Positions 24,561 to 33,340 of a stretch of DNA of 45,977 nt are shown here, piece after piece. The notes under the pieces are model-generated. The model was not told the origin of the DNA, did no database searches, and was given only the letters and a program-made list of their open reading frames with translations. The stretch is taken from the IMG/VR virus record IMGVR_UViG_3300045988_043313, positions 1-45,977 of that record. One strand, 5' to 3'. Each line of letters begins with the position of its first letter. Position 1 is the stretch's first letter. Position numbers and translations under genes: made by a program. The stretch is from a virus.

Positions 24561-24709
24561 AAGATTGGATAGACTCCATTCTGATTGGAGGGATAGCAAC
24601 GTATCTTCCGTTCTGGACCTGGGACAACAGCCGTGACCAGATCATGGGAGCGTTGGGACTGATCGGAGCTGTGTACATAGCAAGGACGTGGAAAGAATGG
24701 ACATGCTAG
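24557..24709 (+). CDS. Small membrane protein (50 aa)
   Basis: ATGA coupling to the upstream gene. Two hydrophobic segments. Confidence 0.45.
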   Translation: MKDWIDSILIGGIATYLPFWTWDNSRDQIMGALGLIGAVYIARTWKEWTC

Positions 24710-24824
24710 ACATGCCAACTAAAAAAGGATCCTCAGAGCTGCAACTCAAATAAGGATCCAAGACAATATATCTCTTCTCCATTGTAGAAGGAAAGAAACC
24801 AAAAGTCAATACAAGGAGGAAATT

Positions 24825-25091
24825 ATGAACGAAGAGAAAATCAGAGAAATATTTGATTTGTGTCTGAGAGTTTCAAGTGAAACAACGGCGCATGTGAATT
24901 TTGACTATACGGCGTGTGACGACATATCCAGAGTTTATATTTATGTATTTAATGATGCAAGGGAGATCGTAAAACATTTTTCATTGTGCCAGTTTTACGA
25001 CTTTAAGTTTGAATCTCAGAATTATGAAGATGCAAAGAAATGTCTTCTGGAACTGCTTATTAATGGGAGGTGTCCGTTAAATGAATCTTGA
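24825..25091 (+). CDS. Hypothetical protein
   Basis: AAGGAGG RBS, 88-aa ORF. Confidence 0.6.
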   Translation: MNEEKIREIFDLCLRVSSETTAHVNFDYTACDDISRVYIYVFNDAREIVKHFSLCQFYDFKFESQNYEDAKKCLLELLINGRCPLNES

Positions 25092-25359
25092 AGAATTAAG
25101 ACTCCTCCCGAAGTGGGATATGGTTCTTGCAGTGAATATCTTGTTGGAGGAACTGAACAAGCGAAACGCTCCTATTGTTGATTGGGAGAATCCAGATATG
25201 TACGTGGATCATCTTGAATATCATGCCGCTGATTCCATTCAGAACGGTAAGACGGTTCCGGGCATGGGGGATAAGTCAGACGCAATCTATTGTTTTTTTA
25301 AGCAGTTAAAGGAGCCTGTCTATGAACGAGAGGATACAGGAAGTCTTGAGACTGATTGA
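25081..25359 (+). CDS. Hypothetical protein
   Basis: GGGAGGTG RBS, 92-aa ORF. Confidence 0.6.
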   Translation: MNLEELRLLPKWDMVLAVNILLEELNKRNAPIVDWENPDMYVDHLEYHAADSIQNGKTVPGMGDKSDAIYCFFKQLKEPVYEREDTGSLETD

Positions 25360-25492
25360 TGTTCAGCTTGCACTTGCTCCAGATAATCCAATAGAGGAGC
25401 AGTATAAGGCGAGAACATTGGCAAGTTACACGCAAGCACTAAATGGGCTTTTAGCGGCTCAGAAAGCATATAAGGAGAACGCTCATGAGTGA
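25322..25492 (+). CDS. Small helical hypothetical protein (56 aa)
   Basis: AAGGAG RBS. It bridges the two neighbouring genes with short overlaps. Confidence 0.45.
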   Translation: MNERIQEVLRLIDVQLALAPDNPIEEQYKARTLASYTQALNGLLAAQKAYKENAHE

Positions 25493-25685
25493 TTTTGAAA
25501 TCCGTATTCCAGCGAGAAAGAAACAGCCTGCAACTGATAAGGATAACCCGGTCGTGAAAGTATCATCGGAAGCATACAACGCACTGGTTGAGATCTATAA
25601 CGAATCAACCATATCAATGAAAGATATCGCAAGTTTGCTGATCGTTGAGGGCAGCAAGCATGTAGTTTATGACAAGGAGGATTGA
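25485..25685 (+). CDS. Hypothetical protein
   Basis: AAGGAG RBS, 66 aa. Confidence 0.55.
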   Translation: MSDFEIRIPARKKQPATDKDNPVVKVSSEAYNALVEIYNESTISMKDIASLLIVEGSKHVVYDKED

Positions 25686-25687
25686 AA

Positions 25688-26320
25688 TTGAATATCTATG
25701 AAAAATTAGGAGTTATTCAGTCAAAGCTGAAAGCCCCAAAAGGGCAGTATAACTCATTCGGGAAATATAAATATAGAAGCTGTGAGGACATTCTGGAAGC
25801 AGTAAAGCCGCTTCTGGCAGAAACAAAGACAGTATTATGTATCACTGATCAGATGGAAGTGGTCGGGGACAGAATCTATGTAAGAGCAGAAACACATTTA
25901 AAAGATGCAGAGGATTCTTCTTCTGAAATCGTAACAGTTGCTTATGCAAGGGAAGAAGAGTCAAAAAAAGGCATGGATTCTTCCCAGGTTACAGGCGCAG
26001 CGTCATCTTATGCAAGAAAGTATGCCCTGAATGGTTTGTTCTGCATTGATGACAACAAAGACAGTGATTCTACTAATACAGGTAGCAGTGGAAAAACAGC
26101 AGCTAAAAAGTCAGAATCAAAAGGACCTGTTGAGATGATTACTTCAGAAAATGTAATGAGTATCCAGAACATCATTGACAAATATCCGAGTTCTAACTTG
26201 TTTGAACAGATTAAAACTCGTTTCAAGGTAGACGAAGTGAAAGGACTCACAAAAGAAAAAGGGCAAAAATGTCTCAAAATGTTGATTGAGTACGATAAAC
26301 AGCATAGTGGAAAGGAATAA
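25688..26320 (+). CDS. ERF-family single-strand annealing recombinase
   Basis: LNIYEKL..IQSKLKAPKGQYNSFGKYKYRSCEDILEAVKPLL...GAASSYARKYALNGLF is characteristic of ERF. TTG start at 25688 (or 25682). Confidence 0.8.
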   Translation: MNIYEKLGVIQSKLKAPKGQYNSFGKYKYRSCEDILEAVKPLLAETKTVLCITDQMEVVGDRIYVRAETHLKDAEDSSSEIVTVAYAREEESKKGMDSSQVTGAASSYARKYALNGLFCIDDNKDSDSTNTGSSGKTAAKKSESKGPVEMITSENVMSIQNIIDKYPSSNLFEQIKTRFKVDEVKGLTKEKGQKCLKMLIEYDKQHSGKE

Positions 26321-26323
26321 AAA

Positions 26324-26746
26324 ATGAACAAAGTTATTCTTACAGGAAGATTTACACGCGATCCAGAAATCAAGTACACCAATGATGGAACATCTATTGC
26401 AAGATTTTCTATTGCGGTAAATAGAAGATTTGTGAAAGAGGGTTCTGATCAGAAAGCAGATTTCTTAAATTGCATCGCTTTCGGAAAGTCAGCGGAATTT
26501 ATTGAGAAATATTTTTTCAAGGGTATGAAAGCAGATTTATCTGGAAGAATCCAGACAGGATCCTATACGAATAAAGACGGCGTGAAGGTATATACAACAG
26601 ATATTGTTGTCGAGGAAATCGAATTCGGCGAAAGCAAAGGTTCTTCACAGGCACAGACAGCATCACCTACACCGAATCCAGAAGCCGACCCGGACGGCTT
26701 TATGAGCATTCCTGATGGTATCGACGAGGAGATGCCATTTAATTGA
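26324..26746 (+). CDS. ssb: Single-stranded DNA-binding protein
   Basis: OB-fold N-terminus MNKVILTGRFTRDPE... and an acidic tail ending DEEMPFN. Confidence 0.92.
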   Translation: MNKVILTGRFTRDPEIKYTNDGTSIARFSIAVNRRFVKEGSDQKADFLNCIAFGKSAEFIEKYFFKGMKADLSGRIQTGSYTNKDGVKVYTTDIVVEEIEFGESKGSSQAQTASPTPNPEADPDGFMSIPDGIDEEMPFN

Positions 26747-27243
26747 TACAGATTGATAGCAGAGAACATCAGAAAGTTATTGATGGCATTAAAAAGGCAT
26801 TTGACGAGGCAGGGGAAAAATGGTTCGTGTCAAAGCTGTATGTAGGTGATTACATGAATTATGATAACCCGCGTTTGGTAGTTGATAGAAAACAGAACCT
26901 TGCAGAGTTATGCGGAAATGTATGCCAGCAGCATGAAAGATTCCGATCTGAAATTATCCGGGCAAATGAAGCAGGAATAAAACTTGTCTTCTTATGCGAA
27001 CACGGGAAAGGGATCGAAAAGCTGGACGATGTTCTCTGGTGGGAGAATCCCAGGGCGAAGAAGCGGGTTAAGAAAAATGGTATCTGGATTGAGCAAGAAC
27101 AGAAAGTTATGCACGGCGATACGCTGTACAAAATTCTATGCACAATGCAGAGAAAATATGGAGTTGAGTTCCTATTTTGTGACAAGAAAAATACTGGAAA
27201 ACGAATAATGGAGATTCTGTCGGATGGACAAAGAAACAATTAA
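26743..27243 (+). CDS. ERCC4/XPF-type nuclease (putative junction resolvase)
   Basis: YVGDY...RLVVDRKQNLAELCGN matches the GDY...ERK..DL nuclease motif. TTG start overlaps the ssb stop. Confidence 0.6.
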   Translation: MIQIDSREHQKVIDGIKKAFDEAGEKWFVSKLYVGDYMNYDNPRLVVDRKQNLAELCGNVCQQHERFRSEIIRANEAGIKLVFLCEHGKGIEKLDDVLWWENPRAKKRVKKNGIWIEQEQKVMHGDTLYKILCTMQRKYGVEFLFCDKKNTGKRIMEILSDGQRNN

Positions 27244-27715
27244 ACAGCAGAACAGCATGAGAGATGTTCTTTCCAGATACGGAATGATTCCGAACAGAGC
27301 TGGCTTTATCAGTTGCCCATTTCATCCCAGTGACCGTACTGCTTCATTGAAAATTTACAAAGACAGCTACTATTGCTTCGGATGTGGCGCGTCAGGAGAT
27401 ATTTTTACTTTCGTTCAGAATATGGATAATTGCGATTTTAAGACAGCTTTTCAGATTCTTGGCGGAACTTACCAGAAACCAGATTTTTCTTCCAGAATGG
27501 CAATATATCACCATCAAAAACAGATGGAAATGCAGCAGAAGGAAGAACAGAAGAAAAAGACCGAGTTGCAAGAATGCATGTCTGATATAGATTTCTACCG
27601 GGCTATCCTCGACAGAGTGAAACCATTGTCTGACGGATGGTGTGAAGCATGGAACAGGTTGCAACTTGCACTATATCACCATGGATTCATAACAGGACTG
27701 GAAGAAGGTGATTAA
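27224..27715 (+). CDS. CHC2 zinc-finger (DnaG primase N-terminal-like) protein
   Basis: CPFHPSDRTASLKIY...YYCFGCGASGDIFTF is the zf-CHC2 signature. No TOPRIM domain is evident. Confidence 0.75.
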   Translation: MDKETIKQQNSMRDVLSRYGMIPNRAGFISCPFHPSDRTASLKIYKDSYYCFGCGASGDIFTFVQNMDNCDFKTAFQILGGTYQKPDFSSRMAIYHHQKQMEMQQKEEQKKKTELQECMSDIDFYRAILDRVKPLSDGWCEAWNRLQLALYHHGFITGLEEGD

Positions 27716-27717
27716 AA

Positions 27718-29619
27718 GTGGAAATGATAAGCAAGCTCACGAAGGACTCTATTCTGGATGAAGAAGTGTTTGACGAGATATTCAAGCAGGAAGATGAGAT
27801 TTACAAGGCACGTTTGACATTGACTCTTCTGGACAGAGCCAAGGAGCTTGGCGTAAAGAAAAAATTTGAGGATTTGCTTAAGGCTTACACGAAAGTACAG
27901 AAGCAAATGATCGAGAAAGAGAAAAACAATAGGACGTTGTCTATGCTGAACCAGTGGACTAATTTCTCTGATTGTGAATATGACAGAATGAAGTGTCTTA
28001 ACTGGGTGGCGGACGATGATGGAATCAGAATATCGAATACTAATCCAGGATCGCCGGATATCATAGCTTGTTATCACCCTATACTTCCAATAGAGCGAAT
28101 GAAGAATCTGGAGACTGGAGAAGAACAGATAAAGCTAATCTATAAGAGAAATAATAAATGGTCCGAGGTTATTGTACCGAAAACCATGGTTGCATCATCT
28201 ACTAAAATCGTTGGCTTGTCTGCGCTTGGAATTTCAGTAACATCTGAGAATGCGAAGTTTCTTGTGCGGTATCTGTCAGATGTCGAGAATGCAAATGACG
28301 ATTATATCAACATTCAGTATTCATCCAGCAAAATCGGGTGGATCAGGGATTATTTTCTTCCTTATGACAAAGACATTGTATTCGATGGAGATATGCGGTT
28401 CCGACAACTGTATGAAAGTATCAGTGTAGGCGGCAGCAGAACAGAATGGTATGAACATGTAAAAAAGGTTCGTGCTACTGGAAGAATAGAGCCGAAAATC
28501 ATGTTGGCTGCAAGTTTTGCCAGTATTCTGATTAAGCTTGTTGGCGCACTTCCGTTCTTTGTAGACCTCTGGGGAGAAACTGAAGGCGGCAAGACTGTGA
28601 CGCTTATGTTGGGAGCTTCCGTCTGGGCGAATCCGGGTGAATCTAGGTACATAGGAGATTTCAAGACAACAGATGTGGCTCTGGAAGCAAAGTCTGATAT
28701 GCTTAACAATCTTCCACTAATTCTGGATGATACTTCCAAGGTATCTGCCAAAATCAGGGATAACTTTGAAGGGATTGTATACGATTTATGCTCAGGCAAA
28801 GGAAAAAGTCGTTCTAATAAGGAATTGGGAGTCAACCGGGAGAACCGCTGGCAGAACTGCATTCTGACCAATGGTGAACGTCCGCTTGCAGGATATGTCA
28901 GTCAAGGTGGAGCAATTAACCGAATTATTGAGGTTGAGTGTTCTGAAAAGATTTTTGATGATCCACAGCTTACCGCAGATACCCTTAAAAAGAACTACGG
29001 ATATGCAGGAATCGACTTTGTGAACGCAGTCAAGGAAATGTCCATTGATGATATAAAAGCCCTGCAAAAGCACTATCAGGAGCTTATACAGGACGATGAC
29101 AAGATGCAAAAACAAAGTATATCTATGAGTATCATTCTGGCAGCAGATAAAATCGCAACAGATCAGCTGTTCCATGATGGTCAGTACATTGACATTGAGA
29201 CGGCTAAGAATCTTCTGACAGAGAAAGAAATGGTATCTGAAAACGAACGTGCTTACTGGTTCGTGCTTGATAAGATTGCCATGAACGGAATTAAATTCGA
29301 TGATAACCCAGATATAAAAACAGAAAGGTGGGGAATTATCGACAATGATCCGGTAGAGAAAACATCAACTGCAATAATCTATAGCGCAGCGTTTGATGAT
29401 TTATGCAAAATCGGAAGATTCTCCAGAAAAGCATTTTTGTCATGGGCTGTTAAGAAGGGACTTGTGGAAACCGACAGCAGAGGTTATCCGACCAAAGCAA
29501 AGAAACTGGACGGAATTGTCACCAAATGTGTGTTTTTGAAAATTGTAGATGAAATTCCGAAAGGATTCGTGAATTGCAATGATGATTTTGAGATTACAGA
29601 CGATATTGTGTTTGATTAA
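27718..29619 (+). CDS. DUF927-type P-loop replicative helicase (primase-helicase-like)
   Basis: Walker A GETEGGKT and Walker B LPLILDDTS. 633 aa, adjacent to the iteron origin. Confidence 0.75.
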   Translation: MEMISKLTKDSILDEEVFDEIFKQEDEIYKARLTLTLLDRAKELGVKKKFEDLLKAYTKVQKQMIEKEKNNRTLSMLNQWTNFSDCEYDRMKCLNWVADDDGIRISNTNPGSPDIIACYHPILPIERMKNLETGEEQIKLIYKRNNKWSEVIVPKTMVASSTKIVGLSALGISVTSENAKFLVRYLSDVENANDDYINIQYSSSKIGWIRDYFLPYDKDIVFDGDMRFRQLYESISVGGSRTEWYEHVKKVRATGRIEPKIMLAASFASILIKLVGALPFFVDLWGETEGGKTVTLMLGASVWANPGESRYIGDFKTTDVALEAKSDMLNNLPLILDDTSKVSAKIRDNFEGIVYDLCSGKGKSRSNKELGVNRENRWQNCILTNGERPLAGYVSQGGAINRIIEVECSEKIFDDPQLTADTLKKNYGYAGIDFVNAVKEMSIDDIKALQKHYQELIQDDDKMQKQSISMSIILAADKIATDQLFHDGQYIDIETAKNLLTEKEMVSENERAYWFVLDKIAMNGIKFDDNPDIKTERWGIIDNDPVEKTSTAIIYSAAFDDLCKIGRFSRKAFLSWAVKKGLVETDSRGYPTKAKKLDGIVTKCVFLKIVDEIPKGFVNCNDDFEITDDIVFD

Positions 29620-29638
29620 CAAACAATTCGTTCAAAAG

Positions 29639-29824
29639 GTAACCGGGTAACCTAGGTAACCTTTGATTCTGCATATATATATTTGAGTATTTATATGCAC
29701 ATATTGAGTATAAAAGTTTCCCTATATGAGAAAGTCAGGGTTACTCGGTTACTCGGTTACCATGCAGTAAAATCAATGGTTTGCGGATTTTTGAACGGTT
29801 ACGTTTCGGTTACTATCGGTTACT
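29639..29824. other. Candidate origin of replication: inverted iterons flanking an AT-rich unwinding region
   Basis: GGTAACC x3 (29639, 29647, 29656). AT-rich 29668-29735 containing TTGAGTAT x2. GGTTAC x6 in the opposite orientation (29740, 29748, 29756, 29798, 29809, 29819). Confidence 0.7.
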
Positions 29825-29841
29825 CATAAAGAAGGTGAATA

Positions 29842-30069
29842 ATGAAAGTAGAAGCTAAAGATATTCCGGTCATGCACAAGTTCATGCCAGAGTTTTGGAA
29901 CGCAATAAAAGAATTTTACAATGTGAAAAACGATGATGAATATTTTGATGCATTACATAAAAAAATCGAGGATTTATATGAAATCTATCCAGACAGTTTG
30001 GCAAGGTATCTGTCTTTGGCCTTTTACAAATGGGCTGAGGATGTGTCAACAGGGAAATGCAAAATATAA
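29842..30069 (+). CDS. Hypothetical protein
   Basis: GAAGGTG RBS, 75 aa. Confidence 0.6.
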   Translation: MKVEAKDIPVMHKFMPEFWNAIKEFYNVKNDDEYFDALHKKIEDLYEIYPDSLARYLSLAFYKWAEDVSTGKCKI

Positions 30070-30103
30070 GAAACATGGAAAAGAATGTCGTATAAGCACA
30101 GCA

Positions 30104-30556
30104 ATGGAAGTGCAAGGAGTGATTGAGAAATCCATGACCGTATTCCCGAGAGATAACGGTGTACCAATTTACTGGGATTACCAGATTAAGGGCTTTTTCA
30201 AAGATGCTTGTGGAATGCTGAGAAAGGTAACTGGTTCAAAATCTTCCAAAATCAAGGCTTACAAAAAAGAAATTGACGGTCTAATTTTCGTTGAAGAACG
30301 TAAAATTCCGATTCATTTTGATGGAGAAATGGGAACCTGCCAGAGGCCACTGAGAGGACAAACACCGCAGGGTGAAAGAATTGCACTGGCAAATAGTGAG
30401 ACAATACCTGCCGGAAGTTGGATTGAGTTCACAATCAAGTGCTTATGCGATAGCCATGAAGCAGCAGTCAGAGAATGGCTTGACTATGGAGAACTGAGAG
30501 GCATCGGACAGTGGCGTAATTCAGGTAAGGGCCGCTTCAAATGGGAAGAAATATAA
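30104..30556 (+). CDS. Hypothetical protein with C-terminal glycine-rich loop GIGQWRNSGKG
   Basis: First in-frame ATG after the upstream stop; the RBS is weak, so the start is uncertain. The ORF-track start at 29933 overlaps the upstream gene. Confidence 0.55.
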   Translation: MEVQGVIEKSMTVFPRDNGVPIYWDYQIKGFFKDACGMLRKVTGSKSSKIKAYKKEIDGLIFVEERKIPIHFDGEMGTCQRPLRGQTPQGERIALANSETIPAGSWIEFTIKCLCDSHEAAVREWLDYGELRGIGQWRNSGKGRFKWEEI

Positions 30557-30578
30557 AAGCATGACAGGAGTGATAGAA

Positions 30579-30842
30579 ATGCCATATAACACAGCAAGAA
30601 AGTACTATGAGGGTATCCAGACAAGGAAAGACATATATCTGTACATCATAAGATACTTGAAAGAACACAATTATCCGCCAAGTATTCCAGAAATTGCAGC
30701 AGGACTGAGCATATCTAGCCATACCGTGCAGAATCATTTCGGCAAATTATTGGAAAGTGGCTTACTTGAGACGGACAACCCCGGAACGCCACGAGCGTAC
30801 CGAGTGACAGGATATAAGTTCAGAAAGGTGAAGGAAAAATGA
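30579..30842 (+). CDS. LexA N-terminal DNA-binding-domain-only (winged-helix) protein
   Basis: IYLYIIRYLKEHNYPPSIPEIAAGLSISSHTVQNHFGKLLESGLLE matches the LexA_DNA_bind pattern. No S24 peptidase part is present. Confidence 0.65.
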   Translation: MPYNTARKYYEGIQTRKDIYLYIIRYLKEHNYPPSIPEIAAGLSISSHTVQNHFGKLLESGLLETDNPGTPRAYRVTGYKFRKVKEK

Positions 30843-31222
30843 GTAGCAAGTTAAAAGTCAAGAAAAAGACCAGATTTCCTGTTCAGACTTCTAATCAGGC
30901 AGCTCAGGCATTCGGGCGTTCAATGCAGATCTGTTATAGACAGATAAAAGACGTAGAGCAGCAAGCCTACGAGGATGGATTCACTGTTGGTGAAGATTGG
31001 AGTAATACGATCAATACCGTTACAACTATGATGGCTCTAAGACGTTTATATGGCTTTTCTACGAAGCGTTTACTCACAGTAGTACAAACTGCCAATGAGT
31101 ACGTTGAAATGGCAAACAGGGGTGAAATGAGCGTTCTGAGCATGATACAAGACATTGAAGAGAACACAGATGTAAGATTCGATGAGATGAATAAGAATCT
31201 GGTTAAGAAGATGGGAGTTTAA
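30839..31222 (+). CDS. Hypothetical protein
   Basis: ATGA coupling, 127 aa. Confidence 0.6.
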   Translation: MSSKLKVKKKTRFPVQTSNQAAQAFGRSMQICYRQIKDVEQQAYEDGFTVGEDWSNTINTVTTMMALRRLYGFSTKRLLTVVQTANEYVEMANRGEMSVLSMIQDIEENTDVRFDEMNKNLVKKMGV

Positions 31223-31223
31223 A

Positions 31224-32942
31224 ATGAAATTTATAGATTTTTTCGCAGGAATCGGAGGATTTCGTAGGGGAATGGAATTGGCAGGGCATGAATGCGTTGG
31301 TTTTTGCGAATTTGATAAATTTGCTACTGCGAGTTACATCTCAATGCACTTGCTGACAGACGAGCAGCGAAAGGCATTGGAAGATATTCCTATCAAGAAA
31401 AGACAGAAGGAAATATTAAAGGAGGAATACAGAAATGGAGAATGGTACGCAAATGACATTAGAAGAGTGTATGCCGGAGACATTCCAAAAGCCGACTGCT
31501 GGTGCTTTGGATTCCCTTGTCAGGACATATCCATTGCAGGAAAGCAAGTCGGATTTCAAGGAAACCGTTCAAGCCTGTTTTTCAGAGTTATGTACCTTAT
31601 CGGACAGCTCAAAGAAGAAGATAAACCCACTTACCTTTTCATTGAGAACGTTAAAAATCTGCTTAGTGTTAATGGAGGATGGGATTTCGCCAGACTGCTC
31701 ATTGAAATGGATAGGGCAGGGTATGATGCAGAATGGCAAGTGCTCAACTCCAAAGATTTTGGAGTGCCACAAAACCGGGAAAGATGTTTTATTATCGGAC
31801 ATCTTAGAAGCAGAAGTACCGCAAAAATATTTCCTGTCGAAAGAGCAGACAGAGAAAATAGTATTCAAATAATTGGACACAGGAACGGATATAAAAGAAA
31901 TACGCAGGTATTCGTACAAGATGGAATTACAGAAGCATTAAGCACCTGTCAAGGCGAAGAAAGGGGACACCACACTGCCTTACCATGTTTCATAGATTTA
32001 TGTTACCAGGGATCGCAAATGACGGACACTGCAAGATGCTTAAAAGCAAGATACTACAAAGGCGTAGCGAACCACGCCGGACAGGATAGTGGAATTGCAA
32101 TAAAAGTCATAGGAGAAGTTAATTCGTCACAAGATGGGAAAGTGCTTGGAATTGATGGAATCGCAAAATGCCATTCGGCAGGACATAACAACAATCCGAA
32201 GATAGCACTTCCGGTTCTGACACCGGATCGAGTAGAAAAGCGTCAGAATGGGAGAAGATTCAAAGACAATGGCGAGCCAATGTTTACACTTACAAGAGCA
32301 GATATACATGGCGTAGCGATTGAACCTACTGGATTTAATTGTATGCCAGATGGAACATGCAGAACATTGAAAAATCAATACCAGAAAAACAGTGGAGTAA
32401 ATTTCGCTTGCCAAACAGACAGAGGTGCTACGGCTGTTGCTGTTAAGTTCAAAAACATTACAGCAAGCACAATCAGGAAAGTTGCTCCTAGAAATAAAGT
32501 TTCGATACTTAGAGGACAATCGCAAGAAAATAATTTAGATATTTGCGTAAAGGTAGCAGAAGCAACAAAACAAGGATATTCAGAGTGCAGAGTTGGTGTC
32601 GATGCTGTGAATTTATCAGTTCGAGGTAGTAAGACAAGAAGAGGAAGAGTTGGGAAAGAGATTGCAAACACACTAGACACAAGCTGCAATCAAGGGATAT
32701 TTGTTCAAGTGTCGGAAGAATTGGTTGTATATGCAGTCTGGTATGAAAAATATCAGTGTTACATAGCAATCCGGAAGCTGACACCGAAAGAATGTTTTCG
32801 GCTGCAAGGTTGGTCGGATGATTATTTTAAAAAGGCTCAGTTTGTTAATTCTGACAGCCAGTTATACAAACAGGCAGGAAACGGCGTAACAGTGACAGTT
32901 ATAGAAGCTATAGCAAGGAAAATGAACGTAAATCTAAATTGA
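31224..32942 (+). CDS. DNA (cytosine-5) methyltransferase with oversized variable region (probably multispecific)
   Basis: Motif I FFAGIGG, IV GFPCQDIS, VI ENVKNL, VIII QNRERCFIIG, IX LTPKECFRLQGW, X AGNGVTV. About 325 aa lie between motifs VIII and IX. Confidence 0.9.
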   Translation: MKFIDFFAGIGGFRRGMELAGHECVGFCEFDKFATASYISMHLLTDEQRKALEDIPIKKRQKEILKEEYRNGEWYANDIRRVYAGDIPKADCWCFGFPCQDISIAGKQVGFQGNRSSLFFRVMYLIGQLKEEDKPTYLFIENVKNLLSVNGGWDFARLLIEMDRAGYDAEWQVLNSKDFGVPQNRERCFIIGHLRSRSTAKIFPVERADRENSIQIIGHRNGYKRNTQVFVQDGITEALSTCQGEERGHHTALPCFIDLCYQGSQMTDTARCLKARYYKGVANHAGQDSGIAIKVIGEVNSSQDGKVLGIDGIAKCHSAGHNNNPKIALPVLTPDRVEKRQNGRRFKDNGEPMFTLTRADIHGVAIEPTGFNCMPDGTCRTLKNQYQKNSGVNFACQTDRGATAVAVKFKNITASTIRKVAPRNKVSILRGQSQENNLDICVKVAEATKQGYSECRVGVDAVNLSVRGSKTRRGRVGKEIANTLDTSCNQGIFVQVSEELVVYAVWYEKYQCYIAIRKLTPKECFRLQGWSDDYFKKAQFVNSDSQLYKQAGNGVTVTVIEAIARKMNVNLN

Positions 32943-32983
32943 TAGCGTGTCAGTTGCTTACATGGGGAAAGTGAGGATGTGAA

Positions 32984-33340
32984 ATGACAGAACAGGAAAA
33001 GAAGGAACTTCTGGACGAACTGGAAAAGCGCATTGACGAAAAATACAAAGGTTGCCTTACCAGAGAAGATGTTGCAACCACATTAAAAGCGCCGAGAGAA
33101 AAGTGGTTCAGAGACGACAACGGAAGCGGAAGAGATTCTCTGATGACGGATGCTTTTGATTCTACCATTATCGCATGGCAGGTTTGGGAAACAATCAGAA
33201 AATTAACTTGCGTCGTGTGCGGTAAACAGTACGTCAGACATCTTGCAAATGTAGAGAATGCAGACGAGATTGCAGAGGAACTTTGCCAGTTTATTTATGA
33301 CTTGAAGATGGATTTTAAGAAACAGGAGGACACGAAATGA
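32984..33340 (+). CDS. Hypothetical protein
   Basis: GAGGA RBS, 118 aa. Confidence 0.6.
   Translation: MTEQEKKELLDELEKRIDEKYKGCLTREDVATTLKAPREKWFRDDNGSGRDSLMTDAFDSTIIAWQVWETIRKLTCVVCGKQYVRHLANVENADEIAEELCQFIYDLKMDFKKQEDTK

Noticed and set aside
29933-30103. Long 5' extension of the 207-aa ORF, overlapping CDS 29842-30069
   Set aside because: The extension overlaps the upstream gene in another frame for 137 nt and lacks an RBS. The first ATG after the upstream stop (30104) is preferred, although the start remains uncertain.
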